Assembly: GCA_038831915.1 (NCBI GenBank)
Contig: JAWBKB010000017.1
Coordinates: 1-34,364 of the forward strand
Origin: Candidatus Caldarchaeum sp.
GTDB lineage: Archaea; Thermoproteota; Nitrososphaeria_A; Caldarchaeales; Caldarchaeaceae
Direction of reading: 5' to 3'
DNA length: 34,364 nt
Each line of letters opens with the position of its first letter. Within the stretch, counting starts at the first letter, position 1. The notes under the pieces were generated by a model. The model made no database searches and was not told the DNA's origin. It saw only the letters and a list, made by a program, of their open reading frames with translations. Both the position numbers and the translations under genes were made by a program. This document shows, in pieces, positions 17,175 to 25,963 of this stretch.

Positions 17175-17324
17175 GTATAAGCTTTAGAAAATACAGTTTA
17201 GCCTCTTCATGTTTTGAAAACTGAAAATTTCAGGTTTTCATGGGTTTTGGCCAGAAAACCCGAAACACTGTCTCTACAAGCCCTAAACACTGAAAATTTT
17301 TGAAAGCATATGCTGGGTATAAGC
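17175..17324. repeat. Cluster of short inverted and direct repeats
   Basis: Near-palindrome at 17215-17240. Hairpin GGGTTTT-N6-AAAACCC at 17242-17261. Direct repeats AAACACTG (17263, 17285), ACTGAAAATTT (17220, 17289) and GTATAAGC (17175, 17317). Palindrome AGCATATGCT at 17305-17314. Confidence 0.55.
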
Positions 17325-17496
17325 GTTTATGGTTTGAAATTGCAGCTGGCGATAGGAAAGCTGGTAAATTGGAAGGAGCTTAATTTAAGTTTTGCCTAAA
17401 CTCAATGAATGTATTGTAAATGTGTTGCGGGGAAGTGCTGGTGTAAGTCGCAGAGTTTATACATGTAAACCCCTGCCAAACGGCCCGCAAAAGGCT

Positions 17497-17574
17497 TTAG
17501 ACTTGCAAAACTCCTTTCTTCGTGTAATAGCTGTGCGAAACGTTCATGACCTGCATAATCGGCGAAGTGTTCAA
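17497..17574 (-). pseudogene. N-terminal stub of an ABC transporter ATP-binding protein
   Basis: TTG 17574 gives MNTSPIMQVMNVSHSYYTKKGVLQV*, a typical first strand of an ABC ATPase. It lies right after the permease, and no Walker A follows. Confidence 0.6.
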
Positions 17575-17612
17575 ATTTTCTCAACCGCAGTTTTTTCCAC
17601 TCAATTTTAAGT

Positions 17613-19138
17613 TTAGAAGTCGTAAAGACGTTTCCAAAACAAACGATTCATCAACCCGATGATTCTAGACATAGTGACCATAACGGCGGTGCTTCCGACT
17701 AGTTTTCCGGCGTAAGTGAGTTTCGACAGAAGCTTTCCAAGTCCCGGGAGTTGGTTTTCGGCGACATTGTCTCCGAGGACAAGACGTTCCGCGACTACCA
17801 AACCGTTCCAAGCTCCGCCAGCCGCTGTGATGCAGCCTGTAATAAATGCGGGCATCGCACGCGGCAAATAAACAGTTTTCACCTTCTCCCATGTTTTGAG
17901 CTGAAGAAGGTCAACCAGCTCCAATTCCATCTGTGGAACGTTCTTTAAACTGACTAGCACCTGGAAAAACACATACCATTGTGTGCCAGCGACGATCATG
18001 ATGAAAGCCCGCAACTCCGGCTCTTCAGCCAATGATTCAGCCGCAAAAGGATACACACCACTGTCACAGGTATTTATGCCCTCACTTGAAGGACGGTTGA
18101 AACCCTGGCCTATAGTTCGGCTTTTCTCGCTATCGCCGTAGCCGCGGGAACGCTCCAAGCGACCGAGAAACCGACGGCCGCCATAACACGGAGAAATGAA
18201 TAGAACGATGAAGTCGCAAGGGTTTCTACCCCGATAGCGTTGTAAGCACCGATGATTTTTTCAAATAATTCGTCTGCACCCGTTACAAGAAAAACGAGAA
18301 CAAGGCCGATCAACGCGAAGAAAACCAAGTTTCTTAACAGCGAACCATGCACTGTTAGCCTGCTCGCAAGGCCTGAAACGGCTTTGTGATATTCAAAAAA
18401 AGTCACGGACGGAAGATGAGGCAGATGCGGCAAAGCCATTTTCCGGATTAACGTAAATCTTTGGATTCGTTTTCCGGGTCTTCTGAACGGCGCTTCAAAG
18501 AGATTGTTCAACGGTATGAAGACGTAGAGGTTTATGAGGGCGGTCGTGAAAATCAGCGGCAGAAGCGTTGCCGCTTATTCCCAACAAGTTATTCGCGGCG
18601 GTCAAATCCGAAACAAGCGTACCCAGACCGAAAAGCTGAAGTTCCGTTTAGCCGAAAGTCAGAATTTCGCTGCCCACGAGAAAAAAATTCCGTTAGCCTA
18701 CGAAGGCTGAAAATTCCGCACTACTTTTGGCAAACAAGCCGGAATGTAGAGATATCTAAGACGGTCCAAAAGTCCGATTTGCAATGCTTTCGCTGTGTCG
18801 AGAAGTTCTGCTTGAAGAAACCTTGTAGATTCGTAGACGGCGAAAGTAATGTTCCAGACTTGGCTGGTGAAGATCAAAAAGACCGCCGCAAGCTCCGCCC
18901 CCAGTATCGGAATGGCTGCGTAGAAAAGCTGTATCGTGACGGGGAAGAAACCAAGAATCGGAATCGACTGGAAAATGTCAAGAACGGGTGTGACGATTTT
19001 TTCGACTGTCCGGTTTGTGGCCGCCGCTATATAGACGGCGAGCGAAAAAACAACAGAGAAAACCAAAGCTATCGACATCCTGAGGTAGGATGCGCCGATA
19101 GCCAGTATGCTGACAAGAATAAATTCGGCAAAATCCAT
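17613..19138 (-). pseudogene. NitT/TauT-type double-domain ABC permease, multiply disrupted
   Basis: Fragments lie in different frames: SYLRM..PVLDIFQSIPILGFFP..SQVWNITF, then PS*ANG..VGSEILTFG*..GLG, then SFYSFLRV, then GTQWYVFF..P.AMPAFITG.ITAAGGAWN.LVVAE..NRLFWKRLY. Confidence 0.88.
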
Positions 19139-19166
19139 AGCGAGGAAGTGTGTTTTTCGCTTTCGT

Positions 19167-20100
19167 TTAAACTCTACGGCGTGCTTCCATCATCAACTGG
19201 TCGAGGAATAATTTTGGCAAAATGTTCAAAGCTTGTTTCAAAGGAGAGTCGGGTATCAGCGGGTCTTTTGCAAGTGCGGCACACAACCTAAGCCGTTCGA
19301 CAATTTGTTTTTTCAGAAATTCTTCATCGGGTAACGCGGGTGTGACGGCCAGAATCAGTCCGCGCAGCCGCTTGGTCTTTGCCGAAACCAGCAGATGAAC
19401 CATTCTTTCCCTCATTTCGTGAACTAGGAAGTAAAGCCTGCCGCGTTTTTCTGCATATATAGGTCGGTCAAGTCGTCGACTAGCTGGTAGACAGTGCCTA
19501 CTTCTGAGCCATATCTTCTGATTAGCTCTACTTGTTCCGGCGAAGCTTTCGCGAGAACAGCTCCGGCGTGAGCCGCCGCCTCGAACAACAAAGCGGTTTT
19601 CTCGCGTATCATGACCAAGTAGAGACGTTCGGTCAAAGCCGCCTTGTTTACTACGTCTAATATGTCCTGCGAAGCTCGGTCTCATGCCCGGACGAAAATT
19701 CGGGTCGTTTCTTCCCCAATGTCCAAAACAATTTGGAAGGCAAACATGATGATGCGGTGGCCTTGAAGTATAGCCTTTCCTGCCCCAACCTGAGCCCACA
19801 GGCTGGCGTCTCCTCTTCTATACCTATCCCGGTCGACGATGTCGTCATGGACCAAACTCGCGCTGTGAGCTAGCTCCAAAGCAACCGCAACATCGAGAGC
19901 TTTCTGATATTCGATTCCGCCCAAAGCTTTGAAAACGGTCAAAAGAAGCAAAGGCCGTATTCTTTTCCCACTTTAACAGCGCGTTCGATAAGAAAGCTGT
20001 CTGGGCCTCCCTTTGATTTTTTGGTACAGGTTTGTTCGAGGTCTTCCTTCCTGGCTTCGAATAACGGCGGCACGTCGATGTCTGTGACGGCTGCATTCAT
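19167..20100 (-). pseudogene. Polyprenyl diphosphate synthase (IdsA/GGPP synthase family), disrupted
   Basis: GKRIRPLL, ELAHSASLVHDDIVDRDRYRRG (FARM), KTALLF and YQLVDDLTD (SARM) are split by frameshifts and an in-frame TGA at 19682-19684. Probable ATG at 20100. Confidence 0.88.
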
Positions 20101-20140
20101 CACAATCAATTATGCTCCCTGGGTTTTTAATTTATGGTAG

Positions 20141-20488
20141 TTAAAGATATTGTGCGATGCGAGCTTCAAGTGTGCGTCTGGGAACAGCTCCTACGACCAT
20201 GTCAACGACTTTGAAGAAAAGGAGCGTTGGTATTCCCATGATTCCGAACCGGCTCGCCGTCCTGGGGTTTTCGTCAAAGTTGAGCTTGCCAAAAACAACT
20301 TTGCCCGCGTATTGTTTAGCCAGCTCTTTCACGACTGGCGCGATGGCTCTGCACGGAGCACACCAATCGGCCCAGAAATCGACCACAACAAACTTATGCC
20401 TTGAAACAAATCCGTCAAAATCCATGTCTGTAACTTCTACAGGCTCTGAAATGGTTGGAGGAGGAGGCTGTCGGTCTTCCGCCAACAT
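20141..20488 (-). CDS. trxA: Thioredoxin (WCAPC), possibly degenerating
   Basis: VVVDFWADWCAPCR and GIMGIPTLLFFK. The in-frame extension EDELERIKARELAEM runs up to a TTA at 20533, and the usual 'NG' turn after FFK is absent. Confidence 0.8.
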   Translation of the reverse strand: MLAEDRQPPPPTISEPVEVTDMDFDGFVSRHKFVVVDFWADWCAPCRAIAPVVKELAKQYAGKVVFGKLNFDENPRTASRFGIMGIPTLLFFKVVDMVVGAVPRRTLEARIAQYL

Positions 20489-20617
20489 TTCAGCCAGTTC
20501 ACGGGCTTTAATTCTTTCTAATTCATCTTCTAAACCCGTCTTGATTGTTTTCGCTTTGTTCGGTTAATAAATCTTGAGCATTAACCATAATTAACCGCCT
20601 CAACAGGCCAAATACCG

Positions 20618-20896
20618 TTGAGCGAAGAAGAAATTCCCGCTGTGGTTGTAGCGTTTGAAGGCGACGACCACATCGTTTCCACGACTACGCCTCTTGACAC
20701 AACAGAGCTGGAAAAGCTCGTAGGATGCGAAGTGCTTTATGAGGATTTTAAAGGCATACTGTGGAAAGGCCTAGTTACAGGTTTATTTGAAAATGAATCG
20801 CTCGTTGTAAGGTTTTCAGAGGAAGCCATTTCCCAGGGCGGCCCTTCAGGACTTGGACAGGGCAGCCTCGTCAAAATCATACCTCGCACCGGCTAA
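20618..20896 (+). CDS. Small acidic protein resembling ribosomal protein eL33 (L35Ae)
   Basis: EKLVGCEVLYEDFKGILWKGLVT...SLVVRF...PSGLGQGSLVKI parallels archaeal L35Ae 'KLIGRxVxWxxxxGKxxxGKIxxxHGxxGxVxARFxxGLPGQAxGxxVxI'. TATA-like ATAATTAA at 20587-20594. Confidence 0.6.
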   Translation: MSEEEIPAVVVAFEGDDHIVSTTTPLDTTELEKLVGCEVLYEDFKGILWKGLVTGLFENESLVVRFSEEAISQGGPSGLGQGSLVKIIPRTG

Positions 20897-21018
20897 ACAA
20901 TTGTTCCTATATCGTTTATCTGACGGCGCCTGAAGTCTTCGAATACAAACGTCTAAGCTGAATTACGATGACGTAAACGGACGCAAAACGCTCACTATCC
21001 AGATTCGCCTGAAATCTA

Positions 21019-22680
21019 TTATTCGCCCTCTTCGGCCAAAACGTAGGTCCATGTCAGAAATGGGTCTCTTGATATTTCCACTAATTCCTTGCACGAGTCG
21101 ACTATTTCCTCCGGCGATTTGGCCAAAATTTTATCGATATTTTTGTACAGAGTTCTTTCGAATTTAACCCGCAACAAATCCAATTCATATTCCCGCTGGG
21201 ATAATTGTCCTAATTTCCATCTGGCGATCGAAAGGGCCTCCCACGAATCAAGTATTACCTTTCCCACCGTGTCGCGATCAAAAAACAAGGTTTCATAGTT
21301 TATCCAAAATTTCCAATGAGGAATTTTCAGGTTTTCGTAAAAATCTATGAAATTCTTGAAGAGAATTTTGTATCCGTACCGTTTTTCATCAAAATAGGCG
21401 GGCGACCCAGGGTCCAGCAATATCATCGGTCCGAAATCCACGAATGTTTTGGCAGGTCTTTTTTTCTCCACATTCAGTTTCAGAATTTTTTCCCATAATG
21501 ACCACGTCTCGTACAATGTTTGAGGGGATTCATGCCCAAGAGATATGAGGAAAAAAACGCCAATCGGTATTCCGAGATCTACACTGTTTTCCACTGTTTG
21601 CATCAAGGCTGAGGTTGTGTAAATTCGGCCGTGTGCTTTTCTTACTTCATCGTTTCCTGACTCTGGAGAGATAGAGAGGCCAACGTGTTCGGCTATGTTG
21701 CTTCCTTTAAGCTTCTCCAAGTATGTGAAAGAGGCTGGCCAAAAAAGCTCAAGGCCGATGTTCTTGATGTTCTTCCAGTTGGCGTTTCCCAAGACTTTAA
21801 ATAATTCGTCAATATATTTTTGACCACCGAGCCGTGGGTCTTGGAAAAGGAAAACTGAGTGAACTCCCAGCTCGTCCAACTTTGCGAGGTCTTCGTAAAT
21901 TTTTGACGGGCTTCGGAATGCTGGCATTGTTCTTCCCAGCATGACATTATAACTCGTTCTTGACCCGCCACACGCGGCGCAATTCATAAGACAGCCGCGT
22001 GAAATGGGAATGTTCCACATCATAGTATTAGTGAAGGGGGAAGTTAGCGTTCTGATGTACGGCTCCACCAAATCAAAACGTGTGAATTCAAGCTCATCTA
22101 GAGAACGCGGCGGAACATGGATACTAGTCGAAACGACTTCACCCATCTGGTTCCTGAAAGTACAGTTCGGAGTGTTCTGTAAAGCCTTGAATTTATCAGT
22201 CGATTTTATATTTCTCATGAAGTTACAGATGGGAATTTCCCCTTCACCTCGTATGACGCAGTCGACAAACGAAAAATTCCGCACAATTTCCTCTGCGAAA
22301 AACGTGCTGGTCAGCCCACCCATCGCCACGGTCGAATCAGGATGAAGGTATTTGCAAAGTTTTGCGACTTCAATTGCTCCGACCGAATGAACGCACCAGT
22401 GGAGGCCTACTGTGTAAAGGTCGGCTTCGAGTTTTTTAAGAAAATCAACAAAGTCGAAATTTCTATCTTTCAAAAGCAGTTCTGCGGTGTTGAAAACTTT
22501 GACTTTGAATCCCGCCCTATCTAAGTAATCGGCTATGCTCATCATGCCGACTGGAAACATAATAAAGAGATAGGTGTAATTTGGCACTGTGCGGTCTATC
22601 GGGCCGGGTAAAATAGGTTCTTCGCGAAAATTTGGAAAAGCGGGAGGATGAATTATAACGACGTCATAGGTTTCAACCAT
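21019..22680 (-). CDS. Cobalamin-binding radical SAM protein (resembles the Ta0216/TIGR04190-type family)
   Basis: N-terminal B12 domain (IIHPP..GPI..MFPVG..SIADYL, GLHWCVHS.GA, GGLTST, IRGEGE) and the radical SAM motif RGCLMNCAACGGS with SPESG. Confidence 0.88.
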   Translation of the reverse strand: MVETYDVVIIHPPAFPNFREEPILPGPIDRTVPNYTYLFIMFPVGMMSIADYLDRAGFKVKVFNTAELLLKDRNFDFVDFLKKLEADLYTVGLHWCVHSVGAIEVAKLCKYLHPDSTVAMGGLTSTFFAEEIVRNFSFVDCVIRGEGEIPICNFMRNIKSTDKFKALQNTPNCTFRNQMGEVVSTSIHVPPRSLDELEFTRFDLVEPYIRTLTSPFTNTMMWNIPISRGCLMNCAACGGSRTSYNVMLGRTMPAFRSPSKIYEDLAKLDELGVHSVFLFQDPRLGGQKYIDELFKVLGNANWKNIKNIGLELFWPASFTYLEKLKGSNIAEHVGLSISPESGNDEVRKAHGRIYTTSALMQTVENSVDLGIPIGVFFLISLGHESPQTLYETWSLWEKILKLNVEKKRPAKTFVDFGPMILLDPGSPAYFDEKRYGYKILFKNFIDFYENLKIPHWKFWINYETLFFDRDTVGKVILDSWEALSIARWKLGQLSQREYELDLLRVKFERTLYKNIDKILAKSPEEIVDSCKELVEISRDPFLTWTYVLAEEGE

Positions 22681-22837
22681 TTACAAACGTTAAGTGTATA
22701 CAAGATATATATAGTTTTTCCCGATTAGCGGACGTGTAATTTTCATCGGCAAATCGGCGACTTTTTCTGATGATGCTTATTCAGACAAACCCATGCTGCC
22801 AGAAAATACTTATTAAATCTGCCGCAAAATAGACGAC

Positions 22838-23863
22838 GTGAAAGCCGCCGTTCTTTATGAGCCTTTGAAGCTTGAGGTTCGCGAAGACATCGAAATTCCC
22901 AAATTGCGGAAAAAAGAAGTTTTAATCAAAGTTAGAAGCGTCGGTGTTTGTCCGAATGACGTTAGGTATTACGTGGGCGAAGGTCATCACTGGCATATTC
23001 CCTACGGAGAAAACAGTTATGGTTTGCAGGGACATGAATACAGCGGCGAGGTCGTTGAAATCGGGGACGAAGTCGAAGGCATTTCTCCGGGAGACTATGT
23101 TAGCATAAATCCAATCGTACCCTGCGGCGAATGTCGCTACTGCAGGATGGGTTTCACGAATGTCTGCGTGAAGAAAACGCTCTATCTTAGAGCCTACGCC
23201 GAATACGCTGTCGGCTATGCCCCAAATGCATACAAGTTTCCCAAGAACATCGATTTCGAGGAAGCATCTTTCGCCGAACCTTTAGCGTGTGTACTGAACG
23301 CCGCCAAAATAGCTTCAATTCAGCCGGGCGATGTGGTGCTGGTCGTCGGCGCCGGGCCCATGGGCCTGCTACATACGATGCTGGCAAAAATGGTTGGAGC
23401 AACTGTCGTGGTTTCAGAAATAATCCCTGAAAGATTGCAGAATGCACAAAACTTTGGAGCTGACTACGCACATACGCCTGCGACGGATGAATTGAGCAAA
23501 ACCGTATCACAATTGACTGACGGCGTCGGGGCAGATGTCGTGATGGTAAGCATCGGTAACCCAGCAGCGATTGAACAGCATATCAAGTACGTGCGCAAAA
23601 GGGGTACAGTGATCATCTTCGGCGGAATTGTTCCAGCAAAGAATATCAGCGTAGACCCCAATCAAATTCACTACTATGAATATCGTTTGACCGGTTCATC
23701 GGACTATACGGCCGAAGAATTCCGACGAGCGGTGAACATCATCTCACGAAGGAAGCTTGACGTCAGGAAGTTGATTTCTCACAGATTTCAGCTCGACCAA
23801 GTTGCATTGGCCTTCGAGACGTCGTTGTCGAAGAAGGGATTGAAAGTCGTAGTAAAGCCTTGA
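22838..23863 (+). CDS. Zinc-dependent polyol/sugar-alcohol dehydrogenase (MDR family)
   Basis: GVCPND, GHEYSGEV, structural Zn CGECRYC...C, AEPLAC and GAGPMG. Confidence 0.9.
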   Translation: MKAAVLYEPLKLEVREDIEIPKLRKKEVLIKVRSVGVCPNDVRYYVGEGHHWHIPYGENSYGLQGHEYSGEVVEIGDEVEGISPGDYVSINPIVPCGECRYCRMGFTNVCVKKTLYLRAYAEYAVGYAPNAYKFPKNIDFEEASFAEPLACVLNAAKIASIQPGDVVLVVGAGPMGLLHTMLAKMVGATVVVSEIIPERLQNAQNFGADYAHTPATDELSKTVSQLTDGVGADVVMVSIGNPAAIEQHIKYVRKRGTVIIFGGIVPAKNISVDPNQIHYYEYRLTGSSDYTAEEFRRAVNIISRRKLDVRKLISHRFQLDQVALAFETSLSKKGLKVVVKP

Positions 23864-23910
23864 ATTCCGCCACCTTAAGTTATAAATTAGGGCCCGTCCA
23901 ATCTGAGGAC

Positions 23911-25437
23911 ATGCCGGACAAAGAGTATTTGATAGGGGTGGATATAGGGACATTAGGCTCGAAAGGAGTAATCATAGATAATGACGGGAATATTCTCAAT
24001 TCATGCTTCATCGAACACGGCATAAACGTAATCAGGCCGGGGTGGGTTGAGCAGGACCCGGAACAAACATACTACGGTGATTTCAAAACAATCGTGCGAT
24101 ATTTGATTTCGAAGACAGGTGTTTCATCAAGCCGCATCGTGGGTGTTGGTGTCAGCAGTCTTTCTCCTGACGCCTGCCCCATAGACATTGACGGAAACTT
24201 TGTGAGACCCGCAATCATCTACATGGACAGGAGAGCTACCGAAGAATGCAAAATGGTAGAGCAAACTATCGGTAAGCGCGAGGTCGTGCAGCGAACCGGG
24301 AACGCGGTCGACCCCTATTTCGCGGGGTACAAGATGCTTTGGATGATGAATAATGAGCCTGAAAATTATAAAAGGACATGGAAGTTTCTGAATGCGTGTA
24401 AATATGTCGTCAACAAAATCACCGGTGTCCCTTCAGTCGACATATCGAACGCTGCATTGACGGCTCCTTTCTATGATATTCACAAACGCGAATGGTCGGA
24501 AGAAATTTGTTCGAAGCTGGGTTTTGACAGAGAAAAACTTCCCGAAGTTTACGATTTGGGAGAAGTAATTGCTCACACGTCCCGCAGAACCTCGTCCGAC
24601 ACGATGTTGCCCGAAGGAATTCCTGTTGTCTCATGTTCGGTTGATGGATTAATGTCGTTTTATAGCGTCGGATGTCTCGAACCCGGTGATGCCGTTCTTA
24701 TGTATGGAACCACTGGGGTCATGGGAATCGTATCAGAAAAGCCTACGTGGGACCCGAGGCTGCTGAACACATTTTACTTTGGAGGAAAGACGATTCACGC
24801 CGCAGCGATGATTGCCTCGGGTGCGCTCGTCCGCTGGTTCAGAGACCAGTTTGGGTTTCTGGAAAAAGAGGTAGAAAGACAGTCGGATGTAAGCGCCTAC
24901 AGCTTGTTAGACAAAATGGCTGAAAAAATACCACCGGGCAGCGATGGATTAGTGATTCTACCGTATTTCATGGGTGAAAGAACTCCTATATGGGACCCTG
25001 CTGCCCGAGGAGTGGTCGTGGGTTTAACCCTTTATCACACTCGAAATCACGTCTTTCGCGCGCTTCTAGAATCTGTGGGATACGGGTTGAAACAACATAT
25101 CGATGTGGCTAAAGAACTAGGAATTTCCATAAAGAGAATAGTGGCTGTCAACGGCGGAGCCAGAAGCCGGGTTTGGAGGCAGATAATTTCGGATATAACC
25201 GGAATGCCTCAGTTTTACAGCTCAAAAGCCGGTGGAGCACCGTTCGGTGATGCCTTTTTGGCTGGCGTAGCTGTGAAGGTCTTCGACAGATTAGAGGCGG
25301 TCAGAAATTACGTGGTCATGGACGAGGAAACGTATCCTATCGCGGAAAACACCAAAAGATACCAAGAGCTATACAATGTGTACAAAAGCCTTTATCCAAA
25401 GCTTAAGACCGAAATGCACGCGCTATCGGTTTTATGA
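23911..25437 (+). CDS. FGGY-family carbohydrate kinase (xylulokinase-like)
   Basis: IGVDIGT, WVEQDP, IYMDRR, YGTTG, LPYFMGERTPIWDP.ARG and NGGARS. ATG 23911 follows the TATA TTATAAAT (23880-23887). Confidence 0.92.
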   Translation: MPDKEYLIGVDIGTLGSKGVIIDNDGNILNSCFIEHGINVIRPGWVEQDPEQTYYGDFKTIVRYLISKTGVSSSRIVGVGVSSLSPDACPIDIDGNFVRPAIIYMDRRATEECKMVEQTIGKREVVQRTGNAVDPYFAGYKMLWMMNNEPENYKRTWKFLNACKYVVNKITGVPSVDISNAALTAPFYDIHKREWSEEICSKLGFDREKLPEVYDLGEVIAHTSRRTSSDTMLPEGIPVVSCSVDGLMSFYSVGCLEPGDAVLMYGTTGVMGIVSEKPTWDPRLLNTFYFGGKTIHAAAMIASGALVRWFRDQFGFLEKEVERQSDVSAYSLLDKMAEKIPPGSDGLVILPYFMGERTPIWDPAARGVVVGLTLYHTRNHVFRALLESVGYGLKQHIDVAKELGISIKRIVAVNGGARSRVWRQIISDITGMPQFYSSKAGGAPFGDAFLAGVAVKVFDRLEAVRNYVVMDEETYPIAENTKRYQELYNVYKSLYPKLKTEMHALSVL

Positions 25438-25447
25438 GGAATTTCAG

Positions 25448-25963
25448 ATGAACGGGAAACAACCGGAGAGGAAAAATCAAAAACAAATTCTCTGGCGTTT
25501 CGTGAAATATTATAGGTCTTTCGGCTACGTTGCCAGTGTGGACGAAGACCGCAAAGAGATCGTCGTTTTTCTGCCGGGAAGCAACATCACTTTCATAGCA
25601 GATGTCTCATCATATCTCAACGTAGAGAAAATCAAACCCGGTAGGGGCTACGATCTTACCTTCGCGATTTACGATGCAAAGGTCAGCAGCCAATTAACGA
25701 AAATGTTGGCCGAAGAGCTCGAAAGGCCGTTTGAGGCCATTCCGAGCATTTATACGCGTGAATATTTGTCCCATGGATTAAAATACGTTAAGGAGACGTT
25801 GGCCCGAACAGACACCATCTATCGCTTCGAGCTCCTGAACGCTGTCGACATGTCCTATGCCAGTAACATGCAATTGCAACTAAATCAAAGGTTTAGAGAC
25901 GCTGTTGAATTATCGTACAAAGTACCGACTAAATACAGATGGCGACATTTGCTTGGTTTTTAA
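25448..25963 (+). CDS. Hypothetical protein (171 aa)
   Basis: ATG 25448 with a GAGGA Shine-Dalgarno at 25436-25440, 10 nt after the kinase stop. No family recognised. Confidence 0.65.
   Translation: MNGKQPERKNQKQILWRFVKYYRSFGYVASVDEDRKEIVVFLPGSNITFIADVSSYLNVEKIKPGRGYDLTFAIYDAKVSSQLTKMLAEELERPFEAIPSIYTREYLSHGLKYVKETLARTDTIYRFELLNAVDMSYASNMQLQLNQRFRDAVELSYKVPTKYRWRHLLGF

Noticed and set aside
17144-17175. TGC-CA-GCGGA at 17146-17155 would complete the anticodon arm (TCCGC-CT-TGC-CA-GCGGA, Ala) if joined to the tRNA half, suggesting a roughly 500-nt intron
   Set aside because: Position 37 would be C rather than a purine, no T-arm (GTTC) or acceptor 3' strand follows, and no bulge-helix-bulge is evident. 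A short match like this can arise by chance.
17392-17610. 72-aa (+) and 60-aa (-) ORFs
   Set aside because: They overlap the ABC ATPase stub, which is in another frame and fits the operon context. No recognisable features.
18461-19291. 276-aa plus-strand ORF
   Set aside because: It is antisense to the permease pseudogene, with no motif or plausible promoter.
19167-20100. Programmed frameshifting or stop-codon readthrough (Sec/Pyl) in the prenyl synthase and permease
   Set aside because: The lesions are many and mixed (TAG, TAA, TGA, several frameshifts, a truncation) across adjacent genes, which fits decay rather than recoding.
20897-21018. Several CTGA and one CGATGA motif suggesting a C/D-box sRNA
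   Set aside because: Box order and spacing do not fit C-guide-D'-C'-guide-D, and there is no clear promoter.
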